64,000 nt of DNA from Chara braunii (taxonomy: Eukaryota; Plantae; Charophyceae): positions 2,024,015 through 2,088,014 of the forward strand of contig BFEA01000027.1 of the NCBI GenBank assembly GCA_003427395.1, given 5' to 3'. Below the pieces are notes generated by a model. That model was not told the DNA's origin. It did not search any database and saw only the letters and a program-made list of their open reading frames with translations. Positions 23,301 to 36,009 of this stretch are shown here, piece after piece. Numbering within the stretch: the first letter of the stretch is position 1; every line of letters starts with the position of its first letter. A program made the position numbers and the translations under genes.

Positions 23301-25413
23301 TTTCACAGGGTTTGCTTGGGGTGTTGGTATCGGGTGTTCTGATGTTCTCCCCAGTCTGGCATGTCACACGATCATTCCATTTCCGGTAGTTGCTCATACG
23401 GTAGAGTCTTGGATTACATGTTACAAGGTCACGGGTTCAAGCTTGGTTTGGTCCTTGGGGGGGGTCCTTGTCCAGCTGGATACACGCATAGCTTGCGAAT
23501 TATATAATATCGCTTACAGGTTACATACACAATTTTCCACACATGATACTGTCCACACGGATTCACAGAATACATAGTACAGAAAAAACAGGCTGGGGAG
23601 CTAGTCACTGGTGGGGTGTACACAAAAAACAGGCTGGGGAGCTAGTCACTGGTGGGGTCAAGTGCCTGCAGTAGGTTCAGGTAGGTTGGATAGGGTGCCA
23701 TTGGGTGCGGTTCCTACTGACATTCGGATAGAGCTGTCTGGTGGCTATATATAATATATGGGGCCTGTAGTTCATTGTCTGGGCCTGGCGACCGAAGTTC
23801 CCGTTCGACAAGGTTTGTCCGATTCCGCTTCCACCAGGGCTGGGCAATCTGTTAGCCCTGGTGCCTATCACTGCTGTTCGGTCCAAGTTGCCTGCCCGTT
23901 GGTAGGGCAATGGCCTGAGTGCTGGTCACACTGAGGTAGAAAAGTGGGATAGGGGGTGCACCACAGTTGGGACCACCAGAAAGCAAGGAATTATGGAGGA
24001 TGTGTAAGAGCTGGAGTATACTGAGGCGTGCAATTGGTCTCTAATGCTCCTGATAATAGTCGACAGACCTGTGTACACTACCACTCACCATAGACTGTTA
24101 TGTAGGCATATAGACAAGGAACCTAGCCTGCGGTGTGAATCAATCTGCCAAACCTTACTCTCAGTATATGGCCCCAGTAGGCTGCTGTCATTCCAAATGC
24201 ATATCTGTCAGGTTAGTTTTCGCAAATGCATTGCAACCAGACTAACCATAATCACAGCATTGTTACATACCATCACCCACCATAGGATGTCATGCTTGTC
24301 TGTCAGGTTAGCTCTCACAAATGCATGCCAACCAGTCCAACTGGTATCACAACATTGTTACATACCACCACTCACCATAGGAAGTCATGCAAGGATGACC
24401 ACTAGGGTAACAAATTAGAAACAACAACATGAGNNNNNNNNNNNNNNNNNNNNNNNNNNNNNNNNNNNNNNNNNNNNNNNNNNNNNNNNNNNNNNNNNNN
24501 NNNNNNNNNNNNNNNNNNNNNNNNNNNNNNNNNNNNNNNNNNNNNNNNNNNNNNNNNNNNNNNNNNNNNNNNNNNNNNNNNNNNNNNNNNNNNNNNNNNN
24601 NNNNNNNNNNNNNNNNNNNNNNNNNNNNNNNNNNNNNNNNNNNNNNNNNNNNNNNNNNNNNNNNNNNNNNNNNNNNNNNNNNNNNNNNNNNNNNNNNNNN
24701 NNNNNNNNNNNNNNNNNNNNNNNNNNNNNNNNNNNNNNNNNNNNNNNNNNNNNNNNNNNNNNNNNNNNNNNNNNNNNNNNNNNNNNNNNNNNNNNNNNNN
24801 NNNNNNNNNNNNNNNNNNNNNNNNNNNNNNNNNNNNNNNNNNNNNNNNNNNNNNNNNNNNNNNAAACATGGCGCCTTGTGGGCTGTTCTATGGGCCTCTT
24901 CACCTGAATAGGTTCAGAATGCCCCGTCATTATTGCTGTATTTGTGGCAGCTTTCATTCTAGATACAGGGGTGATGACCGGGTGTTTTTTTTTTTTTTTT
25001 TTTTTTTTTGGTGTTCAATTTGGGTGAAGAAGGGTAGATCGAGCGACCACGTGCCTCGTTTGCACTAAGTTCGTGTTTGATTTGATTTCCACTCAACCAT
25101 ATCCAGAGGCAATCTGTGTACTGAGCTGCCTACAGGTGGGAGATCAACTCTGAAGGCCTTCATCATGACAGGGACAGATCATTCTATTTGGAATAAGGAC
25201 TCTGTAAATTACACTAGGGGATGAGAGTGAGGGCATATTCACACTACCACTTTTTTTTTTTTACAACACAACCCCTTTATACGTTGGGGGGCACCAGTCC
25301 GGTTGCTTATCACCCGCAAGCATAAAAGACATGCAAGTAAACAGAGCCAGAGGCACCATAATGAACCAGAAACCGTTTTCGGAGCGGATGGAGACTACCT
25401 AAAGTACTCAGTC

Positions 25414-27280
25414 CTTTTTTTTTTCTTCTTTTTTTTCTTTTTTTTTTTCTTTTTTTTTTTCTTTTTTTTTTTCTCAAACAGCCCCAGAGTCAGCCTGAGA
25501 TGCTGGTACGAGTTGTCACTTCAAGCTGGTCCGAGGGAGGCTCCATCTATTGGTGGGGAGCAGCGCCTGATGGGAACCGGGCCCAGCGTGCCATCCATCA
25601 AATGTCACAGGAAACACAGTAATTGTGCATATGTGCTGCCTGTTACAGGCGTACATTCTCCATTGTGTAGTGTATATAGTTTGTATGTGTCAATCTATAT
25701 GATTAAGCAGATTAGTGGTGACGATGGTTGCATTAAGCAGCATTAGATATACTGTACTAGTTCCTAAGTCCAAGTGTTTGTGGTACTGTATTTCTGTATT
25801 TCTGCTGTATTTCTGTCTTACCTCCCACCATTTGAGTGCTGGCTTATGACCTGTTTATGTTTCTAAAAGAGGATGCGATGCATCATCTGTCAGTACTTAT
25901 TTCTGAGGACTAGCGTTAAGCAGCGGTTGTCTATGCTATATTAAGTCCCAACTACTGATGCAGCTTCTGGGGGGAGGGGGGAGGGTGGGGAAGAGCGAGG
26001 AGCGAAAGGACAGATGAGGGGGAATGAAGGGGAGGAGGGGAGGGGGGTGGTTGGTGGGAAGGTGCAGGGTGTAGGGGGGAGGGGGGTTACATTACTTAAG
26101 ACAACAGAAGACAGTTAGTCATAAACGAGGACAAAGTTTGTCGGTTGATGGACAACTTGAAAGTGATGTGTTGGCAATCTTTTCCAGAGCCTCTCAGAGA
26201 GAAGCCAGGGATGCCATGTAAGGGTGTTTTCGTCGTTGAGACTACAAAGTCTCTGTTTTGGGTCAGTCCATGTCTCCGTGAAACTATTTCATAGTTTTTG
26301 ACATTTCTCACTGTCTGACTCGGTACGCATTTTGTCGTGCAGCTTTTTCCATACTGCCTGCGTAAGCTGAGATCGTGTCAATTATCGTTGAACGGGCTTG
26401 CATGAAACCGAAATTATGCTGTTTTCTTTCATAGGAGCAGCGCATCCTCCAGGCTGCCATGAGCACGGTTAGCCTGGAGTAAGTGAAGAGATTGGTCATG
26501 AATGGTGACCAATCTCCAACCTCCATCGGAGGGGCTCCTAGAAGGAGGGTGGACAATTCCCAGGGGAGGTGGTGATCTGTAAGATAGTGCCACTCTGCGT
26601 CCCACCACCTCCACAGTTGGAGCACCATGGGGCAATCCAACAAACAATGCTCCAGAGTAGCTCTCCTGTTGGGATATGAGTTGGAGCAATACGAACACAG
26701 TGGGGAGAGCAACCCTTTTTCCTCCAGGTCAGTCCGTGATGTGATCCAATCCGGGGTAGGCAGGAATCTATGTATGATTTGCCATTGCAGGGCTCTATGG
26801 CTAGTCGGTCGAATGTGTGAGACTGCAGACCACCAAAACTGCCTGAATTCCTGTGGCTCCAATGGGGAATCCCTCTCCCAACGCTTGGTCATTTGGTCAG
26901 AGATCCCGAGTGGCTTTCGTGCTGCCCTATATCCCTTCTTCACCGTGTATTGCCACAAGGACGTTGTTTGAGATCCCCCCCATGTCCGCTCCCATTCTGC
27001 TGGGTTGAATGGGAGGTGGTGCAGCGGGGTGGAGGGTTCGTATTGAAAAAAAACGTTGTTTTGGTTCCCCACCACTCTAATTCTGGTGAGGGAGGACTTT
27101 GGTAGCTGTGTGTCAAACTCTTCCTGACGATGTACAGCTGACCATCTAGCCCCTGGCAAAGTACTCAGTCCTACTCAACATTTATTGCCCATTACGAGGC
27201 ATAACCCTGACTACCTGCAGTCTCTATTCCCTTCCCACTCCAACCTCTTCAACCCGCTAAATCCTAATAGAAAACAGAAT
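25414..27280 (-). mobile_element. 5'-truncated L1-like LINE (ORF2 C-terminus 26308-27159, 3' UTR, polyA)
   Basis: Zinc finger CSYC...TLEHCLLDC and WRWW motif; tail motif at 25535-25592; T-run at 25414-25472. Confidence 0.88.
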
Positions 27281-27286
27281 ATCAAA

Positions 27287-27357
27287 GGGGGAACTCAGTT
27301 GGTAAGGCTCACAAGTGGCATTCAGGAGGTCGTGGGTTCAATCCGCATTGGTCTCAT
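27287..27357 (+). other. Degenerate tRNA-like segment (probable SINE head)
   Basis: AACTCAGTTGG A-box-like, GAGGTC variable loop, GGTTCAATCC B box; stems pair poorly. Confidence 0.5.
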
Positions 27358-27775
27358 GTACCTTCCTGGGCATGCTTGGCGCCCGCCACCTAGAGATAGA
27401 CCACTGGATCCCCCGATCGGCATTGAGCAGAGTCTGCTGATGTTCGTAGGGGAGGGGACCTGAGGGGAGGCACAGGAATTGGTTGTGTTGGCATGGTCCC
27501 TTATGCTACCGGCTGTCCACTAGCCGGTATCGCCCACCTGCAGGTCGGGAGCAGCCCCCGCATGTTCTCTCGTGAACACGGTTCTCGCTGCTATGGGGTT
27601 CCCCATATGCCTACAATTAGGAGTAGTGGTAGGTAGGTAGTGTGAGGTGAAATTGAGAGAAGAATATAGCTTTTATGAAGAAAAAAAAAAAGAGAGTTCA
27701 TACTATTTTCTTGATTTAGGTACCTTGGAGGTTTGTTGCAGTAGAAGAGCCCAGGTTGGATGGGCCAGGGAGACC

Positions 27776-27914
27776 TTTTTTTTTTTTTTTTTTAATTAGG
27801 ACTTCCCCGGCTAGTGCTAAGGATGTTGATAAGAGCAAGCACCCCTAGCACCCCCGAGGAGGCTCCATCTATTGGTGGGGAGCAGCACCTGCTGGAAAAC
27901 GGGTCCAGCGTCCC
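27776..27914 (-). mobile_element. Short L1 3' tail with polyA
   Basis: T-run 27776-27793 plus the shared tail motif. Confidence 0.85.
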
Positions 27915-30410
27915 AGAACATTATATCATTTGGTGAACATCTGAAAGCAAGATATGGCTTGTTCGCAATCGACGACGTGGTTCCTTTCCGAGTAGGCGGA
28001 AGGGAGTATCGAATTCACACTGCACACAAAAACAGGCCGTGGTGCTTTAAATGCCAGGTGTATGGCCACCTTCCGTCCGATCCTGATTGTCCCCACCACC
28101 CGGCCAAACGGATCAGATCCACGGGGCAACTGTTACGAGACCCGTTTCAAGCAACACGATGGAGAACAGTCAACCCGGGGCATGAAGGATGGGTCTATGT
28201 GGACGAACCCCAGGAGGGAGGAGGGGTCAAGGAGTGGGAATGGGAGAAAAAGGAGGCGACAAATTTGGCCACTAAGCCACCAGAACAATGGATCCCTCCC
28301 CTGCCTGCGGAGGTTCAGATGGCAGGAAGTTCTAATCCAACCCCCCACTAAGCTCAAGATTTTGCGCCCTCACCAAACAGACGTATTATGGGATAAAGCC
28401 TACATCCACCTCTTCCCACTGCTGGACGAGAGCCCGGCCCTAAAACAGGTACTAGAACGAGGCTTACCTCCGGAAACCAGTTGGCAGCAAACCCTTCACA
28501 GGATATGGGGCATAGTACACGCGAATTTCCTCCCTCCAACTGCACCAAACACAGAACAATCACGAGCCCATGAACCCCCGAATTCCAAGAATCCCGAGGG
28601 AACTGCCGGGCCCTCGCCCCAGCCAGAAGCGGGACAGATTGGGCCGTCTCGGAGGGTCAAGCTGCGTCACCTAATAGAAACAGGACTGTACAGTGAAAAT
28701 CCTCGAAAACGTGACAAGGTGTTGGTGATTCCGCTCAGAAGGAAAGGGGGGAAGTGGGAACTTGATCTCTCACCGGCAGAATCTGAGGACCCATATACCT
28801 TGTCGTATGGAGGGGTCACAATGTTAGGGTGGGATCTGCAGAGGGAAGGAGCCTTAAAAATTCACAAAGTAAGACAATTTATCGCAAAACATTATGAACC
28901 GGGGCTACCGCAACCATCAGTGCGTCTTCGAATAACATAAAAATGGCCTATAAAGACCTGTATGTGAGGTTCGAGGACAGCAAGGATGCGGGCATGCAAT
29001 GGTACACACACACTGCCCTCCTGGATGCCCAACAACAGAAGGTGAGACCCAATCACATCTGGTCGACAGACGAACTTCTCACGCATTTGTGCACAATCCT
29101 GAGGAAAAACATCCTGGGGGGAGGAGTGGATTGGGAGGCGCACGAATGACAAAGACTATAATGACCCCGGGGGGAGACACAGTCACGTCAGGAAAGCCAC
29201 GCAACCAGTATGGATTGGGTTAACACCTTATGTGAGAAAAATGGGAGAGAACACTCCAACACGCCGATATGGATATCAGGTCTACCAATGTAAACAGTCT
29301 GGCATCCCGTTGCCCGAAAAAAAAACAGGCACTATGGGATCTTATGCGGGGGGTGGGAGGCAAGAGGTGGTCGGACATTGTGTGCATTCAAGAAACTCAC
29401 CTGATGGACCTCCCGGAACACCACAGGGCACGAAAACAGGTCTGGCCCTTTCACAACTACCAGGCCCATGCGCTTGGACCAGGGCGGGCGGGGGTAGCAA
29501 TCTGGATCCCCCCTGAGTCGCGGTTTGAAGTCCTCCATTGGGAAAATGATGAGGAGGATGGACGTTGGGTGTCAGTACTTGGTATGCTGAACCTAGAGGT
29601 GATCTGCATTGTATCCCTTTACGCCCCTAACTCCCCCCGCGCAAGGAGAGAATTCCTAGAAAAAATAAAGAGTATCCCTACCCCTGATACCCCTGATATT
29701 CCGGTGGTGCTTGCAGGGGATTTTAATACAGCACCTGACCGGGGATTGGACAGATGGAGAACCCAGCCGACCACGATCCATAACGGTGAAGAAGACGAAA
29801 AAATGTTAGGGGAGTTATGCTCCTCCCTCCAACTATTTGATACATTCCGATGTAGTTACCCTACCGAAAGAACCTTTACCTGCATTAGGAGCAATGACCC
29901 GGGTAGGCGCTCCTAGTCCCGGATCGATCAGATATTGGCCTCGGAGGACCTCCTGGCTGGATTGACAGTAACCGCAATACTACCAATGAGCCCATACCCC
30001 GGTCCAGATCATGGAATGTGCATGGCTATCTGGACTTTCCGCAAGCGTCCGGACCAAGGGATCAGCTATTATAAGTTTAACACTTCCCTACTTAAGCTGA
30101 AACCCTTCCGAAGCTATTTACGAAAAAACTGGGAATATTGGAAGGACGGACGCCATCATCACGACTCCCAAATTGCATGGTTCAACAATGGACTGTTATT
30201 TCTGGCAAGGAAAAGCAACGAGTTCTCTAAACATTTGGCCGCTCAACGACATTAACAAGAAATTTCGATAATGCGAGATCTGGAGGAACTAGAGCAGCAG
30301 GCAAATTTGCATGAACAGGAACATATAACCACGACACAAGAACTAAAAGAACGTAAAGAACTTAAAAAACAACTTTTGAACTTTGCAAGCCACCGATGGC
30401 TCCAATATGC
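27915..30410 (+). mobile_element. L1-like LINE 5' half: ORF1 (zinc knuckle, C-terminal domain) and ORF2 APE endonuclease
   Basis: WCFKCQVYGH..C knuckle; STNVNSL, CIQETHL, GVAI, YAP, GDFN, RID and DH endonuclease motifs (29269-30030). Confidence 0.9.
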
Positions 30411-30830
30411 CTAGACCTCCCTTTGACTTCGGTTGGGCTACCGTCTGCCATGCCACCCTGCTTATTACGTTTTTATGATCGTAATTACCTCAGAGTCTCC
30501 AGAGATAGGTCGCCACTTGTCTTTGTAGCGCTTTGAGAGCTGCTTTGTCTAGAGACCAAATTGCTGCTTTATACCATAAAGATGCGAAAATAACATTATT
30601 AATGATAAGTGCCCTACCTATAACAGAGGTTTGTTGATTCTTTCATTGCTCCATTTTTTCTAGGGCCGGTTTAGTCCATTCATTGTTTGCTAAAGGTTTG
30701 CCTGTTGCAGACAAGGTGACCCCCAACACTCTAATGGGAGTATTTGGGGGTAATTAATTGATGTGAGGTTGTGCTGGTGGTCTCACCCCCTGGTGATGTA
30801 TCCACCAACCCTGAGCCTTGCTCCCTTAGT
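30411..30830 (-). mobile_element. Inverted L1 ORF2 segment (post-RT region)
   Basis: Minus strand encodes QGWWIH...IRVLGV...GRALIINNVIFASLWYK...VAW...GGLG. Confidence 0.85.
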
Positions 30831-30834
30831 TGGA

Positions 30835-31740
30835 TGTGGAGATGGTGGGATAGGATATGGGGTCAATTAGGTACATCCCACAATTGGCCATGTGACTGGA
30901 AGGAATTGTTATGTGAATCCTGAAACCCAGACCAATTAGACGATTTTACTCAAAACTTGTTTATTGTCGTACGTAGAGCACTTATGTGGGTCATTTGGCG
31001 TCAGAGATGCACCTATAAAATGGAGGGGCAAAACTGGATGGTCAGGAATTCATGGAATCTATCAAACAACAAATACACACAGAAATCACAGCGCAATGGG
31101 AAAAAGTAAAGGAGAGAGTCAAAATTTTATCATCCAGGACGGAAATTCTTCAGCATTTTCAAAACTTCAGTGGTGCTTGGCTAGGGGGTCTTCAAGGGGG
31201 GAAAATGGGAAGGATCATATGGAAGGGGGGCAAGGTTGATCAACAGGGAGAACGACAATAAATTAGAAGGGATCATTATCTCTGCTTCCATGATTGGACA
31301 AACGTTGACCCCTCTCTACCTCTGCGTCCTATGTCTGAATTCCCTGATCCTTTCCCACCTTCGTCAGTGTGTCTGGTCCCTCGAAGTTGGTATGGGTTGG
31401 ATTAAAAGGCCTTTTGTCCTAGTAGCAGGTTTTCCAAACTTCTTTTGTTGAAGACTAGTTGCTAGAATGTTATTGCTAGATCTGACGCTCGTCCAAATGG
31501 GTGAAGAGGCAGCTGCTCCAACACTAGATCAGGGAGGACATGAGGAATTCCCGACAAATGTTTTTCTGATAAGCTTCATATTCAAATTGTACATGGGACA
31601 CTGGACCCGTTTTCCAGCAGGTGATGGTCCCCACCAATAGATGGAGCCTCCCTCCAGGTGCTAGTGGTGTCTTCTCTCATCAGCACCTCTAACACTGGCG
31701 CAGGCGTTTTCTTAAAAAAAAAAAAAAAAAAAAAAAAAGA
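30835..31740 (+). mobile_element. L1 3' end (WRWWDRIW region to tail and polyA)
   Basis: Homologous to 40570-41130; tail motif at 31595-31650; polyA at 31714-31740. Confidence 0.85.
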
Positions 31741-31804
31741 AGTTGGGTGGGTCCGGGAATCTCCCTTTTTTTTTGTAATAGTAAAATAAACCCCGGAGGC
31801 AGCT

Positions 31805-32230
31805 TTTTTTTTCCTTTTTTTTTTTTGTAAAGGAAACTTCAGGCTTGGGTGAACTGCTTAGCGAGTTGGTAAGAGCATCCTCGCTAAGCAGGGCCCTGTG
31901 TGTGAAGGCTCCGTCTATTGGCGGGGAGCTGGACCTGATGTGAACCGGGCCCAGTATCCCATTATTACATTATGTCAGCCTTTTCGTAGATCTACACGCT
32001 GGATATATCATGTCCTTATGACTTGTGGATTGTATTGACCAGCAATGGTCCTGCCCTACGTGACCCACCCACCCTCATTGTGAGGGTTCTGGTACACCGA
32101 CCCCTATATCCCCGCAACCCACCATCCTGTTATATCCCATGGTAAGTTGTGTTGACTGTTATTTTGTATCAGCCGCCTTAAACCCTAAACCCTACCCTAT
32201 AAACCTTTGGTATATTATTTCTTTTGTGAC
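31805..32230 (-). mobile_element. LINE 3' UTR fragment with polyA
   Basis: T-run 31805-31826; diverged tail motif at 31905-31960. Confidence 0.7.
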
Positions 32231-33171
32231 ACCTTATGCTCCAACTCTGTTGTGAAAGCATATGCTCCAACTCTGTTGCAGCGGAGCTTGGCCCTCTCTT
32301 ATCATCGAGACGCCTATTATTAGTTGGGCGTGACCTCCTCCCAGCCCTATGGCTATGTATGTGTGTGTATTCAGTATTGTAGGTGCCCGTAGGCTATATG
32401 TATGTTTGTAATGTGCGTGGACCCGTAGCAGACGCTGCTCCCCACAATGGAGCATCTGCGAAGTGAATACCAGTGAGAGGTGATCTTNNNNNNNNNNNNN
32501 NNNNNNNNNNNNNNNNNNNNNNNNNNNNNNNNNNNNNNNNNNNNNNNNNNNNNNNNNNNNNNNNNNNNNNNNNNNNNNNNNNNNNNNNNNNNNNNNNNNN
32601 NNNNNNNNNNNNNNNNNNNNNNNNNNNNNNNNNNNNNNNNNNNNNNNNNNNNNNNNNNNNNNNNNNNNNNNNNNNNNNNNNNNNNNNNNNNNNNNNNNNN
32701 NNAGTGAGAGGTGATCTTACCACCTCTACCAGTGCCTGTGTGAGCCATGTGTAGGTAGTATATATAGGCCCCTAGAAGCACCTTGCCTCGACGCAGCAGA
32801 GGGGCGACCCTATGCCAACGAATAGACATCCGTCCTCCAGACTCCAAGACATCAGCTGGGGCTCCTCCCCCCCCAAGGACCCATACCTCCTTGATCTATC
32901 CTCAGTAGAGCTGTCTCCCACCAGCAGATTCCGGTATTCGGCTAGGTACTTCCTATAGGGATCGGAAGGGACAGACTGCAGACTCAGTAGGTGGTGGGCC
33001 ATCATCCGTCGTTCCACTAGCCCCCAGCCTTGTCCCTCTGATGTGCCTTAATCTATGTGTGTATGGTATGTGATAGACTGAGTGTCATGGTTATGCCTGT
33101 AGTCAGTATCTGGGGTAGTGTCTTATGTGTGTGTATGTAATATGTGGTAGACACCGGCCTATCTGGAAAGG

Positions 33172-33248
33172 AGAAGTCCGGAACTGGACTCGAACCTGTG
33201 ACCTACAGTACGAGACTGGAGGGTTCTACCACACGCACTACCGTAGGA
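33172..33248 (-). other. Degenerate tRNA-like segment
   Basis: TAGTGCGTGTGG A-box-like and GGTTCGAGTCC B box on the minus strand. Confidence 0.45.
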
Positions 33249-33334
33249 AGTGGATACAATGTGTGAAATATCTAGGCTGGGGAAGATAATCAAGTGACCA
33301 AAGCCAACAACAGCAAGCAACCAATGTGAAGTCT

Positions 33335-33557
33335 AGACCAGCATACAACACCCATGGACTGATCCCTTGGGTGGTGTGCTGGCAGCGTCTGTAAATAGTA
33401 CCATGTGTCAGCCCAGGGGAGTGTGTGTCCAGCTGTGCGTCATTCTGACGCCCTGCCGATGTCCACGCGCCAGGTTGCAATTGAGTTTTGAACCCGCAAC
33501 CTCATACCATAATGTGCATTTCCAACCAGTGCTCTAACCACTGAGCTACATCAACTG
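33335..33557 (-). mobile_element. tRNA-derived SINE, copy 2
   Basis: Reverse complement aligns with 23100-23300. Confidence 0.8.
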
Positions 33558-35002
33558 CTTGAAACTATTCCTAATGCGAGACACTGGCAAGGAGATGCCA
33601 TTGAACCTTCGGTCCCTTCTGGCCAGCCAAAGAGTCCAAAAGCCAATACCTCTGAATTTGTTCACGATCTTGCTTCTTAGTGTGTTGCCTTGATCTCCGA
33701 AGGGAAAAAAAGTGCCTATTTCAATCAGGCCTGATGTCTGAAACGCCACCCAATGTTACTTTTGCCTTTTTGGACTGCGGTGGGGGTAGACCTGCCCACA
33801 AGTGTTTCTTTTGCCTATTGGAAACGTGGGTTGTGACCCACGAGCCGTTGCCCCATTTATTTATTTTTTTTCCCTTTCAAGAAACAGCAGGGGCTGATGC
33901 TAGGGGTGTGGACCTTTCTATAATGCATCTGACTGCACTTACGTCTAGAGCTCAGTCCAAATTGCCCTAGTGTGAGTATGCCCTGAGTAGACTGTGGCCA
34001 GTCTTGACAGCAACCCTGCATGGCTTCAGTGCCTATTCGCAAGCTGGCAGATTTTGGGACCCCAATCTTCAAACTTCAGGAGAGAGATGCTATGCACAGG
34101 GTTCTTCGCCAGCCACATCTTCTTCTTCTTCTTCTTCTTGTTCTTCTTCTTTTTTTTTTTTTTTTTTTTTGGGTGAACATCATGCGGGCGGGTTGCCGCC
34201 AACGTGCATGCTTGGAGCATCTTAGGGCACCCTCACACTAGGACTTGACACACATCCAGGTCCGCTCAATAGTTAAGCCGGGTGAGATACTCTTAAGGTA
34301 GTGCTGGTGTGAGTACCCGCTTGGATGGAAGATATGAAATGGATATCTTAGCCGAGTAAGGAAATTGCCTTTCACGGACACAATTTGGCTGGCCGGCAAT
34401 CCAAATTTCAGTAGTTCTCAGCCGAAGCCAGGTGATGGCCCTCGTATCTCAATCGAGCTGTAAATTTTTCAAAGGGACAATGGGCCCACTTCCTAGTACA
34501 TGTTGCTCCCCACAAACAGCTTGGAGCAAGTTTCAAGAAAAAAAAAGTCAAAAAAACATGACAGATCCAAGGTAGATGGAGCTGAGGAGGAACTGTGCAC
34601 TCAGGGTAAACATCGACGACAGCAACCGTGGCTGCCTCTGAGCTGACCTGATGCCAACTGGTGGTTATGGGATCACAATCTTTGGAGTCACGCCACGTGC
34701 AGGATTTTCTTCAGTGAAATTCTGCCTTCAGAATTTGCCACCGCGATGAAATGATGGCGAGGAAATGATGACACCTCCAGAGTGGATTTGATTAGCTGGG
34801 GCTCCCGCTCTTGGTGAATGCTCCTATCACCATGAAAGGGGGAGCCGACAGTGGGCTGTCAAGGAAAAGACACAAGGCCAAATTTGAACAATGACAAAAT
34901 TTGGTGAAAAACATGGTTTCCGCTGCTGCTCCACAGAATGGCAGAGCCATCACCATATAAAGGTCATCATTTGGGGACAAACAAGAGAAGTCTTTTCTCT
35001 GA

Positions 35003-35266
35003 GGACATACTCACACTGGGACTTTTCGAAGGGCATCGCCACACCACTGTCCAAATGTGCAAAAGGAGAATGAACTTCCCGCTAGAACATGGCCAGATGC
35101 AAACACCACATTTTTGCGTTTTTCACATTTAGAGAGTGGTGGTGCGGCGAGGCCCTAAATCATGAATCTGAGTGCATTTACTGAGTGCAGTTACGCCGAA
35201 CATGGATGCATCTCACTGCAATCGCGTCCAGAGCTGAGTCGGAAAAGTCCTCGTGTGAGTATGCCC
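35003..35266. mobile_element. PIF/Harbinger (Tourist-like) MITE, 264 bp
   Basis: ~24-bp TIRs GG(A/G)CATACTCACAC..GGACTTTTC; 3-bp TSD TGA at 35000-35002 and 35267-35269. Confidence 0.85.
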
Positions 35267-35437
35267 TGAGAAAAGGTAGTGAAAAGGCAGTATAATGTCT
35301 GTTTTTGTTTTATTTCTTTGGTTTTTGTCCACACATCAATCTGCAGGCCGGCGTCTCCACTGGGGTGATGCGAATGATATCATAGCCCCTGCTATGAACA
35401 CTCCTGCTCCTGTGGCAAGATCCCACTAGCAAAGAGG

Positions 35438-35800
35438 ATTTTTTTTTATTTTTTATTTTTTTATGCAACGCCGGAGGTAGCTTGAGGCGCTGGTAGGAGC
35501 AGACGCCGCTAGCTATTCCTGGGGAGGCTCCATCTATTGGTGGGGAGCTGCACCTGCTGGGAAACGGGCCCAGCATCCCTTTCACATGTTGCAGAATTCA
35601 TATTCAGGGTTTCACTGGAGCATGCCGGGGGGCCACCTCTTCAGCCTGAAGATAGGCCGCCTAACTATTCATGAATTAACCAGCTGCTCCCCCTTGTGTC
35701 CACCCATGTGTTTGGGTGGTGCTGAGGTTGGCTGCATCCATCCTTCCTTCTCTTTTTGACACGTTTGACCTCTAAGAGTCTAAACCCTTAAAACACCAGT
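35438..35800 (-). mobile_element. LINE 3' UTR fragment with polyA
   Basis: T-rich run 35438-35462; tail motif at 35525-35580. Confidence 0.75.
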
Positions 35801-36009
35801 ACTTGGCCCAGCTATCGGCCGTGGCGCTTCCCTGTTTACGCGCCGCGCCTTTAGGGCTTCGGGGTACAGGACCACAATGGCTGGAAGTGCCAGCCAAAAA
35901 AAATGGAAACGGTACCCTGGCGCTTTGGCAAAAATTGGTGCACAGGGGCATTCCAGGCTCGGCAGCTCCTCAAACCCGGAAAGTCAATCTGACAAGCCCC
36001 CCCCACACC

